Assembly: GCA_000708835.1 (NCBI GenBank) | Contig: DF237726.1 | Location: 1-33,638, forward strand | DNA from: Klebsormidium nitens | Lineage: Eukaryota; Plantae; Klebsormidiophyceae | Direction of reading: 5' to 3' | Length of the DNA stretch: 33,638 nt | Shown here: positions 10,501 to 22,756 of the stretch, piece after piece | How the letters are laid out: each line of letters opens with the position of its first letter | Position numbering within the stretch: the first letter of the stretch is position 1 | Made by a program: the position numbers and the translations under genes | Notes under the pieces: model-generated | Database searches by the model: none | What the model was told of the DNA's origin: nothing | Seen by the model: only the letters and a program-made list of their open reading frames with translations

Positions 10501-13500
10501 GAGCGGGGCTCTGGTAGAGGATGGCAAAGAAGTTGTACGTGTGCGTCGTGTCGACCTCGTCCATGATGTCCCCGATGCTCGCCACGTAGTGCACCAGCGC
10601 CGCCAGCCCGCTCGCGCGCACGCCCCCCGTGTCCAGTAGCGCAGCGGCCGCCAGGGGGGAAGCCGGCGTGCTGCTGTCCCCGTCCAGCGCGCTGCCCCAC
10701 GACCCCAGCCGCAGGTCGCCGCCGCTGGAGGACGGGGAGAGCGCGCCGACGGGGGCGGGTGCCACTCCGAGGCCTAGTAGGGAGAGGGGGCCTGGCAGGG
10801 GAGCCGTTTTGCGCTGCTTGGGCTTGGCGGGTGTGGCGGGGTCGGTGTCAGGGTCGCGGCCTGCGAGAGCCTTGACCAGGTTGTGCAACTTGCCTGCACA
10901 GGTACAGCGAGCATTCCAGCTCATCAGCAGGCTGGCATAAACAGGGGCGACGCACCCGGAAAGCGTCTATCCGAAAAGGAACTCTCGTCGTGGGTGCACG
11001 GCCAGAAGGACCTTTGTTCGCGTTCCTTCCTCTTGACGATGTGGCATCCTGGCAGTATCCCCATGCCATCGTTTGACTTTTCCCTCACCGCTCAGAAACT
11101 GGCGCTTCCCGTCGTGCGCGTCTTTGATGGCGGCTTGAAGGGCGGTGATCGCGCGGACGTCGGGCCCCGCGTGAGCGCCACTTGGAGGCGTGTTGGAGGC
11201 ACCGTCCGCAGTGCCCGCAAGCAGAGCCGGGAGAGGCACGGACGGCTCCTGCGCAGAGTGCGCAACGCCGTACTTATCACAACTGGCATTGGCACAGATT
11301 TTGCGAAAGACGGCTCCCCCATTCAGCATGTTAGCCGAGGCTCGTAAATACCTCTGTTACATCAAGAGGGTTTCCGAGCCAACTTGCAGTTCAGCATTGC
11401 AAGCTTCTCGCACTTGCCAGGTGGTTTCCCTTCAAATGGCAAGGGCGACGTTTGAATAAGGCAGGCGGCAGCGGTCCGGGCCCTTGCTTCCTGGGCTGAC
11501 CCCTATTCGGCTGATTGTGCTCCCGGGAGTCCCGCGCTGACTGCCGACACGGTGCGGAGCAGTGTGCGCGGGCCTCACCCTGCTCTGCGTGTCCGCCAGC
11601 CGCTGCAGCAGGCTGTCCGCCACGTGGAAGAGCGCCTGCACGCGCTGCGCCGCCCAGTCGTCCCCCGGCTCTGCGCGCTCCTCGTCGCTGCCGGAGCCGC
11701 TCCTTCGGTGGCCCTTGCGGCTGAAGCGGAACAGGTGCGCCGATCGGGACTTGCTGCTGCCGTCGGGTCCGGGGACGTCCTTCTCGCTCCCCGACAGCGC
11801 TGCAGCGCGCCGCTCCCGGCACTGCTGGGCCAAGCCTCGCGCCTGCACAAACATGGCAAGGAGTGAGCGCCTTTAGGGGCGAAGCATAGCAACATTTGCC
11901 GTGCTGCATGGCGTTGTGGCATGGAGTAGGGGCGGCCCCAGACTCGATTGAGCGGTCATGTCGGATGGGGCTATCACAGCAGCTGGCCGGTTTCGGCTCC
12001 GGCTCACCTGTGCCAGCACGCGAGTGGCGCCTCCCGAAGACGGCACCGCCGAGAGGGCCACGTCCAAGCAGGCTAGGAGCTGCAAGGAGCGGCAGAAGGC
12101 CCGATCAGCGGCCCAAGGCAGCCAAGTGACGAAGGGAGGAAGAGAGGGGCCTGGACCTTCTAAAACGGGGATGGTTTGGAATTGACACTCCAGGCCAGCA
12201 TAGCATTCCAGTCCAGTCTGCCCTCTTTCAGGCTGCTGCAGGAACGGCCGTGGTAGACAGCAGTTTGCGTAGCCACTCCGTGGCCAGGTAATGTATTCAT
12301 CGTGGGCAAGGAGCCGCTTATACATCTTGGCAGTGGACGGCGCCTCACCGCAGTGAGCGTCGACACGCGCTGCTGTAGCGGCGCCAGGTCGAGGACGTCC
12401 TTGGAGCCCCGGGAGGACCGCCCGTCCTGCACCCACACGCGCGCGGCGTCAAGACTAGCGCCAAGAACTAAACGAAGGCCAGAGACAACCCCCAGGGCCA
12501 GTCAGCGAGAAGACGACCCACAGCACGACCTACCCTGCACAGCTGAAGCGGCGACTGCGAGAGGCCGTACACAGTGGGTATGACGAAGGAGGAGAACCGC
12601 TCTCGGAGAACGTCCCTAAAAGACTTTCTGGCAGAACCGCAAATCAGGGCTCGGCTCTCACAGTCAGCACGGTCCGGCTCACCTCCAGGGTCGTTGTGGC
12701 TTGTTCCAGCCACTCCGCCAGCTCGAGCGCGCTGGTCTCGGGCGGCACCAGGGCGAAGCGCGTGGCCACCTGGCGGGCAAGGGCCAAGTCACCCGTGCGA
12801 GTGAACCTGCGGCAGCGGCACCAATCAGAGTGCGACAACGCATGCTGTGCAGGGCAGCTGCCGCAGGAAGACCGTCCGTCGCTTTGAAGGACAGGAAGAC
12901 CGGCGCTTCCAATCTGCAGCTCCTTGCGGCCGCTTGAACAATGAGACAAAGTGTCGTTCCTTCAGCAGGGTGGGAGCAGTCCTTCGACGTCATAGACCGG
13001 GCTCAACTCGTCGTTTATAGAAAAGAGAGCCGGTAGCAAACAGAGCCCCTTAGCGAACTTTCTGATAAGGGAACTTGACTTCAAGAGCCTTCGCGTGTCC
13101 ATTCGGGAAGCCAGCGCGGCCGTTGCTTACCTGTCGAGCAGTTGCGCGGGGGTGGCGGCCAGGGCGGCTGTGCAGTCCCGCCAGGCCGCGGGCTGGCCCT
13201 GGCTGTCGGCCACGCGCTGGAGCAGCTGCAGCCGCCAGAGCCAGTCCGCGAAGCGGGTGTGCCAGGCGGCCACCTTGCGCGCCCACACCCGGCGAGCAGC
13301 GTTGGTATCCCGTGCGCGCGAGGTGCTACCAGTGGGAGCGGGAGGGGCCTTGCTGGCCGAACTGGGGAGGAAGGCCTCGCCGCGGGGGAGGTGGTGCTGG
13401 AGGAACGACACGAAGCGGGCCGCAAGCGACGGCGCCGGCACGGGAGGGTCGGCTGGGGGGGTCCGCAGGGGGAGCTGTGTGGGGACGAGGGGCGGGGCGG

Positions 13501-16500
13501 CGTGCGGCAGCTGAAGCAGCGACGCCAGAGTAACCACCAGCCAGGCCTGGAGTGAACAAGGCGCATGGAAGGGGCAGCCGGTGAGCTACGCGGGGAAGCA
13601 GCCATACTGAGGTCTAGAGAAGAGGAGGGCCGGCCACAAGAAGCGGCGCTATTCTTAGCATGAACAGAGATCCCTTCAGAGGTCCGCTTTACATCGGCCG
13701 AACTTGGCTGACATCACGAATTGCGGCAGCCCGCCAATGAGCATCGGGTGGGCTGAGCCCCCACAGGGGGCCGGTGGGCGCCGATGAAAGTTTTGACGAA
13801 GGGCTGACCTTCTTCCCCGAGTTGCTGACGGCTTCCATGTGTTGGCCCGCTTCCTGGAGCGCAGCTTGCGCCTGCTGTGCGTGCTGGGCGGAGGCCTGCT
13901 CGATTGCGCGCAGGACCGCCTGCAGGGCGAGGTGCATGCGCAGCAGCTCCACGTCGTGCTGCCTGCAGCCCGAACGAGAGCAACGGGATGACCACTCGGG
14001 AAAGACCACCCGTCCCTGCAGCGCGTCGAATCATAGGTGGATGCATAAAAGCATGATGCGTCACGGTCCTTGGAGACCTGCTATCCGGGGGCCGTGCATT
14101 GTTGCACAAAGAGCTGCGTTGCCAGCTTTGTGCAATCTGGAGGGTGTAGTCTTACCGTGCCTGCGCATCTTGTCTGGAGAGCGGAATGGGCTGCTCGCTG
14201 ACAAGTCGAAGCGCGAGGTCCGGCGGGACGCTCAACGCGGGGTCTGTCAAGACCTGCATCACCAGGGAGAGCCAACCGCGAGCATGAGCGGGAGCGTTGC
14301 AAACCGAGGCGACCCCTATTTGCTGCAATGCTGACTGAAACTATTACCAAAACAGCTGGCTGGCGGTCAGCTGACCAACGACGTTGAGGTTCCAAGTGAC
14401 GTCGCTCTTTCGTTCACGCCGGCTCAACGCTCTCCTTAATGGATGTGGCCTTGGTACCCCTTGGCTCAATGACGAACCAACAGGATTTGGGGAGTTGTTA
14501 TGTATTTGTCACCTGTGAACGTGGAATTGGACCTGAAAGTGGCATGCCTGCAGACGACTAAGGGTTCTCAGAGGAAGCTGAGAGGCGCTTTTGCTTGATC
14601 CTTCTTTCCTATCCTCTATCGTTCGGCTCGTTCCTTTCCAATCTGATGCCTTCCGGTCTTTGGTTGTGTTCATAGCTCAAACGGAATTGGGGTAAGAGCG
14701 TCCGGTTAATCTGAGCCTACTTCCGATTTGGAGGCATGCTCGAGTGTGTTGTGCTGTTGTGCCCGTACCTGGATCGACGATCCCGCTGCCAGCCGCGCCA
14801 ACAACAGGTTGGCTGCAAAGTCGTCCGCCTGAGCGGTGCCATCCCCCGAGGATGATGCCGCCACGGTCTGGGCTGCATGCAGCTGGTATGCCAGCTGGCT
14901 GCACAAGGCCTCCAGTGGAGATGCCTGCTAGGGAAGATACAAGAAACGTGTCTGTCAGCAATGGACAATTGTAGGATTTCGGAAGTGTTCCGCTCAAAAC
15001 ATAGACAAAGTAGGAAGCACATCTCCTCGCTGACTCGCAACTGCAGGAAGACTCAGGGCGTTGTTGTTCTCACATCAGAGGCAAACTGTTGGGCAGGTCG
15101 TTCTCGACTGTCGGTCGTACCTGGGGGTGCCCTGCACGCGCCGCGCGGGCCCTGTGGTGCCAGAGGCGCTGCAGGCTGTCCTGGCGGGCGGCCACGCTCC
15201 CGGCGTGCAGGTCCCAGGCCATGACCGCCAGCAGGGGGGCCAGCGCGGGGAAGGGCACCAGCACCTGCACTCAAAAGAGGGTGAGCAGCTTGGCACCAAG
15301 GGCCCCATTTCTGACAATGTCGAGACAGCGGGGGAATGGGCAAGCCGTTTGTTGCACCCAAGGCCCCACGAACACATGTGTGGACTCTGGCTCGTCGTCC
15401 AAAGCTAGAGTAAGGCGTTCGGGAACAGACCCATGGGCCGTGACCGCCGGTAGGGATACTTTTGCAAATACATCCACCACTCAACGAGCCCGGATGGTTG
15501 CTCACATCGGCCGCCTTGTGCATGTCCTGCTCCTGGGCTGCCCGCAGTGCCTCTTGGAGCACCGTCTCCAGGACGTGGCTGCGCGTCACCCTGGCGTGCT
15601 GGAACAGCTCTCCCACGCACGCCTGGGCGGCCTGCTCTGTTGTTGGCCCCGTGCTGCGGGTCGTGTGCAGGCTGGCGCGCAGCTGGGCCAAGGGGGGGCT
15701 CCCTGCCGTGTCACTGGCAGCTGCTCTTGAGTTGGAGGCGAGCAGGTCATCCTGGGCCACCTTTTGAAAAGGGAAGGAACAACTGAGGGCAGGAAGAAAC
15801 ATGGCAATACTCTCCGCTGCGGCAGTGGTGCCAGCACGAGAGCCCCTTCTGCTCAATACACGGACTTCCTCACAAAGCTGTTCTAGAAGCTCACCTTGTC
15901 TGACTCAAGCCGCAAAGGCAAACGTGTAGCCTTGATTGCCTAGCATCAGACCATTTGTGTGGTGCCTTTGTAACCCTCACATCGTCCAGAGTTCCTTACC
16001 TGCAAGAGTTCATCAATGACTTCGACACCACTTGCTACCACTGCCCCCCACAGTCTGCTTTGCGCCTGGGGAAGGGCGTTGGAAGCGTCTTGATCCTTCA
16101 CGAGTCTCAGGGTCCGGTCAAGCAGCACCCTGAAGCATGCGCAGCCTGCGTTAGTTCTGCAAAGGGAGTTGTGTCTTAAGGAAGAACACGGCAACAGCTG
16201 CTCGTTCCATCCTTGGATTGGCCAGAAGACAAACCGCAGCAACGTCGATGGTACAATGTGAACCACACCCAAGAGCACACACCCTGCAAGATAACATAGT
16301 AATGAGCCACCACCCTGTAGATTCAGATGGTGGCATAGACGAGCAGAAGCTGAAGGTTGGCAAGTGCGGTGGACATCACAATCGGTACTCACCTATGCTC
16401 CTTGAGGGATTCGTTGTCCCCTTCCTTGACACTGTGTGCAATGGTCTGGGTGATGGCTTGCAAGTCAGCCCCACTTAAGTCCTGCGCCCATTGCTGCATT

Positions 16501-17084
16501 AGCAGCTCGGAGGTGGGCCCAGACGATCCATCTTGAACCAGGTACTTGAACAGCTGGGGCTCATGCTGGAGAAGCCAATGCAACAATTCCTGGCTTGGGA
16601 CCAATGCTGGCGCTCTCTGCGATCCCTCTGCCTCTTCTGTCTTTCGGTCATGCGCCGCCCCTTTCCGGGACTGCCACAGCGTCTGATCCTCGGCCTTCAG
16701 CGCACCACCATCAGGAGGGGCTTCACGTTGCCGCGCAGAACGATCATTTTCAATCAGAGGAGCTGCAATCGACTGGAGCAGCGCACGCTCAACACGTGCT
16801 CCCCTCTCAGAGAGGCTTTCTTCTCCTATTGACAATGCTAGCTCGCACCTCGCAAGCCATGCGAGGAGGGCGTGCGAGGGCACTCCTGCTGACGCCAGCC
16901 AACCCCGCAGAGATGTGCTCTCTTTAACGATAGCTTGCAAGATGTTTTCTGCATTGCTTCCATCGAGGCGCTTCAGCTCCTGAATGACACCTCGAGCCAG
17001 CTCAAATTGGCCCAGAGCTAGATAGTTGATGCAGAGGCGTTGCAGCAACTGTGTGCTCCACCCTTGTTCCGCCATTTGCATCAT
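1579..17084 (-). CDS. ZFYVE26: Spastizin (SPG15/ZFYVE26), plant type without FYVE finger; AP-5/SPG11-associated endolysosomal protein; about 2420 aa, 33 exons
   Basis: Exons in transcript order: 17084-16393, 16129-16000, 15760-15506, 15264-15121, 14924-14769, 14253-14156, 13962-13809, 13546-13131, 12806-12683, 12426-12349, 12079-12008, 11842-11579, 11248-11089, 10893-10499, 10087-9762, 9431-8916, 8710-8542, 8263-7973, 7499-7302, 7158-6780, 6591-6335, 5904-5755, 5514-5275, 5038-4956, 4688-4581, 4389-4158, 4000-3635, 3320-3219, 3040-2891, 2740-2569, 2282-2081, 1933-1834, 1662-1579. All 32 introns are GT-AG (143-515 nt), phases match at every junction, total 7263 nt. Motifs recalled from plant ZFYVE26 orthologues: LLQRLCINYLALGQFE, DAHDGKRQFLSGKLHNL, ADPEGLALRLSSKGAVGAALEV, LPPPWQQRCGHLAEQP, WRHSLFGNPGDAETLRRR, RKVLACVASGRLKSAFQFASR, DLCHQWLAKKM. 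Start ATG could be 17084, 17081 or 17075. Confidence 0.9.
2427..2523 (-). mobile_element. Possible tiny retroposed insertion in a ZFYVE26 intron: 65 bp between 16-bp direct repeats
   Basis: TGCGGCGGTGACTGAG occurs exactly at 2427-2442 and 2508-2523. Read on the minus strand, the insert ends in AAAAACTAAAAGAAAA-CGC. Confidence 0.45.
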
Positions 17085-18504
17085 GGCTGACCAGCTTGGG
17101 CCGCATGAATGCTGGACATAATACTTTGACGCAGAGCTCATTTGCTATTACTTGGAAGTTGAAACTCCAAGTTCAAGGCCCAAGGCCCCAGGCCCTTGAG
17201 ACTGAGTCTGACTCTGGAGGGGTCCCTTTGATTTAGCACTCAGACCCGATTCAGAGGTGCGGAAGCAAGGAGCCGAGCTTCATAAAATTACAAGATGCAG
17301 TGCCAGCAGCAAGTGCCGGCAAGGACGTGAACGCATTAGCACGTGATAAAAGTGATTGTGTTTGCAGCAGGGAACAGGCCCAGCGAAAACATAGTGTGAT
17401 ATGTCTTCTTTGCAAGGAGGTCATCCTGCATTTCAGCCACCTAGAAAGGGCGCGCAGACTGCTCCTTGTTCTCCTTGGACTTTGGGTGAGTTGGGTTACT
17501 AACATAATCACAATGGCAGTCTCTTCCAGAGTTCCGTCTGTGCATGTTTGTTGCAATGCTGTGTTTCCGGAGTCATCCTGGCAATTGCTGTAATATGCGC
17601 CACGTTTGGCCTGCCGGTGGTGATGGAGGTGGCGCGGCTGGTGGGTGGTCATGGGTGTTGCATAGTGGGGGGTGGTGGTGTGGTGGTCGCGTGCCCCAGT
17701 GCAGCACCAGCACAGCACTCCCCACCAGCGGGCCTGGCAGTTTCAATCAACAATGATCTTGCTTCTCACTCTCTGAAAAAGGGGCATCGACGCCTAGATC
17801 AAACATTCTGTTGGAGACAATCTCAAAATTTTCTGTCTGGAAAGCCGGCTTGAACTTCTATATGAAAGAAACTGACGACTTTGGAGCAAACTAGACCCGC
17901 AGCCAATGTCATGCACTCTTCCAGTGAGGAGTATCTTTTGTGGTACGTTTTGACTGAAGCACTATTAAAGATGACACAGCAAGCAGGGATATGCCAAGAA
18001 GCTTCTCGTGAATACATTGGCTCTTTCCCCAACTTTGACAGAGAGTTGTTCGACATTATGCGCAACCCATTCTGTTTCCAAAAAACTTGAAGCAGCGCAC
18101 AACCCTGAATTTATATGTGCAGGTGTCTGCTGTACCTTGTGTGGAAAGTGAAAGAGAGCTTCTCCTTTGTGAGATGGATGTTCTCAAACAGAAAGCCACA
18201 GTTTTGAGGGAAATGGAGGTGGGTACAAACTCGCCCTACAGACTCCAGGGCCAGTATCTTGATCTCCATGGCCCAGCTTCAAGTACCAAGTTGCTCTAAG
18301 TTTTGGGTGTTTATCTTCAGTACCCCATGATTATCATCAGGGAGACGCTGTTGATCTTGGAAGAACACTGCGTCAGACTCAACGACCGGGAGTGCGGCCG
18401 CTGTTAGGGCAGTGATTGGGCACCCCCATCTATTGGTAGTCCTTGACCTGCTTGCTGGCGGAGCACCTTCTTTGGACATACTCCAGTCAAAGAACGAAGA
18501 AGTT
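17085..18504. promoter_or_regulatory. Divergent (probably bidirectional) promoter / 5'UTR interval between ZFYVE26 and ALF4
   Basis: 1.4-kb lower-GC interval between head-to-head start codons (17084 on -, about 18505 on +). Confidence 0.5.
17177..17195. promoter_or_regulatory. Three GGCCC motifs at 7-bp spacing (site II/TCP-like), proximal to the ZFYVE26 start
   Basis: aaGGCCCaaGGCCCcaGGCCC, about 95-110 bp upstream of ATG 17084. GGCCCA/TGGGCC is a known plant promoter element. Function here is inferred. Confidence 0.35.
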
Positions 18505-21500
18505 ATGGAGCATAGTCTCCAAGTTTGCCCCTATTTGTTTGTTACTTTTGTCATTGTGATCTGCAGCACCAGCGGCCTGTCACTGCCTTGTGCCTGGATG
18601 CAGGGCGATGCTGCCGCAGAGTCCTCCTCCGCGACGGCCTTCACGCAGGAGCTGGCCCAGCAGCTGCACGCGGCGGAGACCCCCCGCGCTGCTGAGCAGG
18701 TCCTAACACACACACGCGCTCTCTGGTCACCTGAGGCATCCGGAGGACAGGTACGTCACCAGGGCCTTCTTGATGGGTGGCAGGCCACCCGTCCGCCTGC
18801 CACAGGAATGGTGCCCATCTTTCAGGCCCACCCGTTCTCTGCTGTGTGGCCCTGCGCTTGCGTGTGGCCTTCGTCAGGGCCAAGGCAATGAGGTCCCCGT
18901 GTGTGTGTTCATGTTGCAAACCCTTTCGCTTTTTGTCCACATGAGTTCAAACCGCCTGCATGCAATGTAGGCAGAAAATCTTCGCAGTTTTCTGCCGCCA
19001 GTTCTGCGGGCCTACCTTACGTGATGGGGTGTCGTGCAGTTGCTGCTGGAGGCGGTGTGCTGGGACGTGCTGTCGGTGGTGGCCCCCTTCGCGGCACACT
19101 CCCGCGGCTGCCAGGCTGCAGTGGCCGGCGCTTGCCTGGACGTGGCCAACGGGTGCGCGCCGCGGGAAGCCGTCACCATCCTGCTCGCCGTAAGCAGCGC
19201 AACGCTCCTGGCCAGCTGGGGGCATGCCGTTATGGCAGGCAGCAGCTTCACATCAGATTCGCGTTTCTGACAACCACTCAGCCAGTTCAATGCTTGACTA
19301 GCACACGCAAGGAGTTGACTCCTTCGAGGACTTTTCAGGCTATGGGCAGCAGCGGGGAGGGGGAGGAGATGTCATGGGGCCTGCGCCTCGCTGTCACTGA
19401 GGGCCTGGCTGCAGGTGGGGCGTCTACGCTGAGCTGGCCATGCTGTGACGGGTGCATGAGCCCTCACTCTCATCGCCGCATCTGCATGTCACTCATTCAG
19501 CGCTAAGTCAAAATGTTGAAATATCACCGAACAAACTAGCTGTTGAAGAGTCGCTGCCCTCATTTGCAGCCCTTCCTCTCATCCCTCGGCGGAGGTATGA
19601 AACTTTCCAGCAAGCTGCCCCCACTCTCCTGGCCGGGCTGCGGGCCGTAGCGGGGGATCCCCCGGCGGGCACCTCCGAGGGCAGGGACTCCACGGATGAC
19701 GTGGAGCGCTGGGCGGCAGGGCAGTACCCCGCAGCGGTGGTGGCGCTGGCCCACGCGGTGCTGGCCACGCTGCAGCCAGCAGAGACGCAGCTGCAGTCCG
19801 CCCTGGCCCGCTTTGCGCTGCAAGTCCTAGTGAGCTCCTGATGCACCTTCTGCGAACATTCGGACGAGTTGGATGCGTACAGGTTGTCGTCGTGGTCGCT
19901 GCTGACTGCCCCCATGTTCAAGGATTGTGTTCGGTTGCGGCTGTGCTAACTTCTTCTCTCCAAACGGACCACTGTCTTTGCGTCCCTCCAGAGCATCTCC
20001 ACTGCGGGGCTACCCCTCGCGACGCCGGCCCGACCTGGCTCGTCCTCCCCCGAGGTGCCTCCCCTGCTGCTGGCCACGCTGCAGCTCCTGCCGCCGGCGG
20101 GGCTAACGCCGCAGCGCATCCTCAGGCCCGATCAGGAGGACTTACCAGGTACCGCAGCCGCCAATCGTTACGAAAAGTTTTTTCTTGATCTTGGCTACTG
20201 GTGCATACTTGCATGTCTGCATCTTTTTTATCCAAAGGACGAAGAACGACCTTGGCGGTGCTTTTGGGATGCGGCCTGCCCGTTCTTGCCTCTCACTTGC
20301 TTTGCAATCTACGTATGTGACGTATGCAACGCTGCATGCGCGTCGTGCAGGTGAGCCGGTGTGCGACTCCGACGAAGAGGACGGCCCCGCCGTGGATGAA
20401 GCCGCGGAGGTGGAGCGTGAGCGCGCATTGGCAGGTCAGCCCCCACCGTCAGGCTGCAGAGTTACGAGCAGCTCGAGCGGAATTGAAAAGCAACGAACGC
20501 AGTCGGCCTGCTTCCTCGTGCCGTCTTGATGGTGAACTGCGACTCTCTTGCAACTACTTCTTACCTTCTTGTTCGTGTACGTCGAATGCTCGTTCATGGT
20601 CGTTTTGTGGTCCCCCTGACAGCGGCGTGCCTGCTGTGTCTCCCCGCCCCCCTTCTGCCGTGGCCCGTCCCCCCCCTGTCTCCTGCGGACCGCGCTGCCG
20701 CCGTCGCTCTTGCGGGCGTCCTGCTGCAAGGCCTCCCCGTCCCGGCCAGCAAAGGCCTCGCCCTCATCGCGGCCGCGGCTGCCGCGCCAGCGCCCCAGCA
20801 GGACGGGTCGCTCCAACAGGAGCTGCTGGACGGCGTGCAAGCCACCCTGCAGGTCAGCACTGCGGCGAGCGCCGCACGCTTCGTGCCCTGGTATTGCCGT
20901 AAGTCATAAGGATTGTGGTCCCCGCTCAGGAGCGTGCCCCAAAACTGTTCGAGGCGGCAGTGTGCGGGAGCATCTTGCGCCGCTTTCTCCCAACTGTCCC
21001 ACAGCCGACGCTGAGCGGTCGTCTGTGTCGCGTGCTACGCAGGGCCTGACCATGCTGATGCTCCTGCTGCCCGAACCCCAGGCCCGGCAAGCGGCCTACG
21101 GCGCCTTCAAAGCGGTAAGATGTTTGCCGACGTCTTCGCCTGAAGTGCAAGCAGCTACATATACATCACCGCGAGGTTTTACGGAACTCCGCTGGTTGTC
21201 AGCTTTGTTGGCGGTTCGCCATACAAAGCAGGATCGACTAATATCGGGCCTTCTAAGTGCGTTTCTGGAATATCCACTGTGTTATGCCTGGCCTCTCTTG
21301 TCACCTCGGATCACAGGACAGATAGACAAAACAGGATCAGGAAATAAGGTGGGGGGAAGGGCGTTTGTACACCGGTTTTGGAGCTTCAGAGCGCCCAAGC
21401 ACGTCTCAGGTGCTTGCGCCGTCCTTCTGCAGGGCTTGTCGGTGCTGCCCCCTGCTGACCGCCTGTCGACCCTGGAGCGCTTCATTGACACGTGCCCGCA

Positions 21501-22756
21501 TCAGCCGGTGGTGAGGCAGTCGCGCGCGAGGCTTTCTTGAAAGGACTGGATGAGTAGCAAAAGCCTTATTGGCAGCTTGTTCCTGACAGCCATAGGTTTG
21601 CGGACTAATGCGACTCCGTTCAATGGCAGCGCAAAAGCAACGGTGCCAAGCTTTTCAGGGAAAGAAAGATCCGGCTGGCGTTGTCCGGGCTGATGGTGAG
21701 CGGGTAAATGCTCCTTGTTTCTCAAGCCCGTCAGCTTTTCTGCAAGCCTTGTTGCCGGGGACGCGTGGCTTGCTTCGAGCCTGCCAAGAAACAGAGGATG
21801 CCCCCATGCCTGCGCTGCGTGCAGGTGGCGGTGCTGCTGCATCTGCTCAAGGACGAAGTGGCCCGCGCTTTGCCGCTGCCGCCCTCCGCGGGCACCCCTC
21901 CTGCTGCTCCCGCCGCCGGCCTGTTCCCGGGTGAGCGTATCCTGGCGGTTGTCGGCCGCACGCTGGCGCCACACGGCGGGGCGGGGGGCGTGGTGCCGCA
22001 GCTCCCGGACGAGGCAGACGTGGTGAGGGACAGCGGCTGGTGGATAGTGGCTGCTGCAGGGCCTCACCGCGTCCCCTAGAGCCATTACCTAACCACTTCC
22101 AATCGCGTCAGCCAGAACGGCGATCTGTCGGACTCGATGTCCTTAGTGGTTTTTGGGGGCGTCGTGCTCTCTCCGCCTGACGGCCCGCCCCGTCGTGGCT
22201 GCAGGTGGTGGCCGCGCTGAACCTGTACCGCTTCCTCCTTCTGCGAGAAGCTGCCGGTGAGCGCTGCGAACTTGTAATCCCTTCAAGACATTGGATCACA
22301 GCTAGTGGGCATCCGCATAATTCTTGGACGGTTGTCCAGGAAGGCACTGGCATTATTTCTTGAGATGGCGCAGACATGCTCCGGAACGTCCCGTTGTGCG
22401 ACTCCTCCTACTGCTGGCCTTTTCCTCTGAGCGCGTGGTGCTGCGGTGCAGTGGGCCGCAGCTGGACGGGCGCCCTCTCGCCCGCCGCTCTCGTGCATGC
22501 GCGCACCCAGTGGCTCCTGCCCCTCCGCCACGCGGCAGCACACGCGGCTGCGGCCGTTGAGCAGGAGAGGCAGGCAGAAGCAGAGGCAGCACGTGCTGCC
22601 CCAGCGCAGCCCGGAGAGGCGGGCGGGCCTCGTGGAGCGGCTGGCGGGCGGCAGGGGGGTGCGGAGCTGGTGGCCACGGTGCAGGAGGTACTGCACCGGG
22701 TGCTGGAGCTGGTCGAGGACAGGTTGCAGCAAGGGGGGAAAGGGGATCCAGGCTGA
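18505..22756 (+). CDS. ALF4: ALF4 / glomulin-like protein (RBX1-binding cullin-RING ligase inhibitor family); about 608 aa, 13 exons
   Basis: Exons: 18505-18522, 18604-18750, 19040-19189, 19339-19414, 19570-19829, 19992-20148, 20351-20434, 20623-20852, 21043-21114, 21433-21510, 21825-22022, 22205-22256, 22452-22756. GT-AG introns, phases consistent, 1827 nt. Motifs resembling plant ALF4 from memory: LEAVCWDVLSVVAPFA..GCAPREAVTILLA, RRRYETFQQAAPTLL, VAVLLHLLKDEV, DVVVAALNLYRFLL, WTGALS..QWLLPLR, VLHRVLELVEDRL. Exon 1 is uncertain; an in-frame ATG also sits at 18598. Confidence 0.82.

Noticed and set aside
2032-16392. Dozens of 60-280 aa ORFs on both strands
   Set aside because: Explained as ZFYVE26 exons read through into introns, or as alternative frames of roughly 75% GC exons.
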